Notes under the pieces: generated by a model
Seen by the model: the letters and a program-made list of their open reading frames with translations, nothing else
What the model was told of the DNA's origin: nothing
Database searches by the model: none
Shown here: positions 61,161 to 64,000 of the stretch, piece by piece
How positions within the stretch are numbered: the first letter of the stretch is position 1
Layout: every line of letters begins with the position of its first letter
Origin: Azolla caroliniana
Taxonomy: Eukaryota; Plantae; Polypodiophyta
Direction of reading: 5' to 3'
Length of the DNA stretch: 64,000 nt
Assembly: GCA_043228905.1 (NCBI GenBank)
Contig: JBHGNT010000002.1
Location: 17,360,001 to 17,424,000 of the forward strand
Made by a program: the position numbers and the translations under genes

Positions 61161-64000
61161 TCTGGTAGAAGACAAGCGCGCGGGAAAAGCTGGAGGGCCG
61201 GGTCCCTCGCAACGGTATGACACCCAGTTCGGCCCGAAAAAGAGTGAGGTTGGCAATTCCGGCATACCGGAGAAGGCCAAGCCAGCCGGGTACCGACTGA
61301 GCACCGAAATAGAAAGAACGACGGACCGGTGGAAGGTCCTCAAAGAGCGGATCCTCAACAGCAAGGGGGAGCTGTCGTTGAGGGAGGTGCTTGGAATTGC
61401 CAAGGAGTTCCACGACTCCATTGTGGACTTGGTGAAGCGCAAACGGCTCTCCACGGAACCAGAACCGGAGAAGCCTGTAGAGGTGCGGACTACACACTTA
61501 GAGGATGCGGCCCTGGAGGACGAGTTGGCAGAAAGCCATTATTCTAAGTTACACTGGGCGAGAGCCACTACATAGACCCCTGTCCGGATCGGGGATGTGC
61601 AACAACCGGTAGTGGCGCTGATCAATCTAATGTCCATGGACTTTTACAAAAGGGGGAAATGGCCGATCAACACCAAACACGGCTGGAAGATATGCGCGGC
61701 GACCCGCACTACAGAGGAGCTGCACAGGGCGTGCCCGAATGTACGCGTGAAGATCGGCGATGTCGAGATAGACCAACACTTTTTTGTGCAAGAGACGTCC
61801 TCACACCCAATGATACTCGGCAAACCGTACATCACGACAGCACGCATCGAGACAAACGTCCTCGACAACGGCTCGGCATACGAACGCGTGAAGAGCCAAG
61901 ACGAACGACACTCCGTCCAATTTTTGACCGTAATACCGAATCATGAGCGTAACCGCGAGACTCTCGGCGGCCACAGCCAAGGGGATTTTTAAAGAGGGCT
62001 ATGAAGGCGTGGGGCCGCAATAGTCCAAACACGCCGGAGGAACCCCACATCTGTACCATAGGTAGCAAATTTTGGCTCTCCGACAACGGAGGTTGTACAT
62101 TAAACAGCATCGGCGGCAGGGAGAAGAAGAAGGTGGAAGAGCAGCTCAGGTCATGCGGGGCTCTCCACCCCGATGAGGAAATTAGCGACGCCATGGAGAC
62201 AGTCTCGTTTGAAGACACCTTGGGAGAGCTATGCGGTGTAGTCGATGAGGGCCTTAGCGAAGACCGGACGATTCCGGTTAGCTCGGTGGAGATGTACGAA
62301 GTCATCACGGACTTCGGGGAAAAGATCAGGGCGGGTCGAACAGCCTGCGTAAATACAAAGTACAAGACTGTGGACTGGAAGGTGAGGCCTGTTGCGGCAC
62401 CCTTGCCGGAGGGCAGCGAAGAACGGATAAGAGGGGTCGCGTCGAACCCTAGCTTGCGGAATCCGGCTGGCATAGGACACCGGTTCACCGACATAACACT
62501 ATGGGAGCTTAAGGTTGGTGGGGGTGGGTTTCTACTGTCGGCAGAGGAGGACCAGTTTCGGAGGATGCTCGAAAAGCACGGGAAGGCCTTTGCATTCTCG
62601 TCGGTAGCGCATGTACCATGGAATCTTAAACCGATTCCGGTGCCTAGAGCTCACATTCCGGAGCTGATGGAGTTGTTGAAACAAAAGGTGGAGATGGGCA
62701 TCCTTGAACCATCGAGTGCCCCATATTCGAATCAGTGGTTTACCGTGCCAAAGAAGAACGGCACACTGCGCTTTATACAGGACCTGCAGCCGGTCAACAA
62801 GGTGACCATTCGAAACGCAGGTATCAGACCGACCATTGATGAGTTCGTAGAGGCCTTCGTAGGGAGGTCGATCTACTCGGTCAGGCATCTGTACTCAGGG
62901 TACGATCAGTTCCAACTAGCCATAGAGAGCAGGGATATCACGACGATGTGGACTCCTCTCGGCCTAGTTCAGATGTGTACCCTACCGCAAGGGGAAACGA
63001 ACTCAGTGGCGCACATGGTGAATGCGATGAACAAGGTGTTGAGGGACTGCATCCCGGACATCACCATGCCGTTTCCGATGGAGGACAAGGACGAGTCGGT
63101 CGGGCCGGACGGTTGTCGGGGGTTCGTGATGGATTACATCCGCGACTGCGAGAAGGTGCTACAAAGACTCGAGAGCACGCGGCTCACCTTCTCCGGAGAA
63201 CAGTCAGCCTTCGGACAACCGGAGATCCTGGTAGTCGGACACCTGTGCGGGCCTTACGGCCGGAAGCCATCCCCGGAAGGTAGAAGTCATCTCCACGATG
63301 AAGGATGATTGGGGGTCGGTTACAGAGGTCCGAAGGTTCCTGGGGGCATGTGCGTTCTATTACATCTGGATTCCGCACTACGCGCATGTCGCGGAACCGC
63401 TTTATGGGTTATTAAAGAAAGGGCGCTAGTTTGAATGGAGGATGGAGGACACGGAGTCAGTCCGGAGACTAAAGGAGGCGCTCGCTATGGCACCGGCTCT
63501 CCGGAAAGCGGTTTACGGCAAGGAAGTCCCCATTTACGTGACCGGGATCGAGTGGGTGATCAATCAGGAAGATAGGGATGGCGTACGGTTCCCGATCCGG
63601 TTTGGGGAAAAGGTATTGTGCGAGCGCCAACGAGGATACGCCCAAATTAAGCGCGAGCTATGGGGTATCGTTTCAGTAGTCAAGGCTGACAAGGACTATC
63701 TGATTGGAACGGAAGTGATCATTGAGACGGACTGCCTACCGATTCTAGGTATGGTCTCCGGATGTGCAACTCTGGACCTGGAGATGCTTAGGTGGATCAC
63801 GTACATCAAGTTCTAGAACCCGGAGTTATAGCACATCTCCGGAAAGGATAATGCCATGGTCGATATACTTTCAAGGGCGTGTTTCAGCGATGAAGAAGAC
63901 ATGGTCTCGGATAACGAAGAAGTCGGCGAGGAATTCTTCAGGACAACTCACGTGGCAGCTAGAACAGGGAGCACTTCGGCACTTAACGTGTTCGACGAGA
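61161..64000 (+). pseudogene. pol: Gypsy family D relative: gag end, protease, RT and RNase H, degenerate
   Basis: ILGKPY, RFIQDLQPVNK, LYSGYDQFQL, LPQGETNSVA, FLGACAFY, RGYAQIKRELWG, ETDC. Confidence 0.85.

Overview
Eukaryotic, gene-poor DNA made almost entirely of nested transposons. The Tcn1-type chromoviruses and spliceosomal introns suggest a non-seed land plant (inference). Left half: a two-ORF LINE (- strand) is hit by two copies of one Ty1/copia family. One of these carries a second copia family in its 5' LTR, and that element has a self-priming Tcn1-like Ty3/gypsy inserted in its YVDD motif; all three inner insertions have readable 5-bp TSDs. Further copia copies follow. Right half: a gypsy element contains a Tcn1-like gypsy, which contains a 37-bp-TIR non-autonomous DNA transposon (TSD AGCT), which contains an 18.5-kb Sola2-like DNA transposon (39677-58155, GGG..CCC ends, TSD TAAG), which contains a young gypsy element (39829-46698, TSD AGAGT). 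Most notable: (1) the Sola2-like element carries a spliced transposase and a convergent multi-exon cargo locus (coiled coil, RING-H2, TQT-like repeats, FCP1-like pseudophosphatase), and its two largest introns are filled with arrays of the palindrome TAGCTAATTAGCTA that also marks its ends; (2) the young gypsy has a tRNA-Arg-like primer site at both internal ends and no polypurine tract; (3) three gypsy LTR families carry antisense tRNA-like cassettes; (4) a conserved -1 frameshift pseudoknot lies between protease and RT. Family names come from motif recall, not from database searches.
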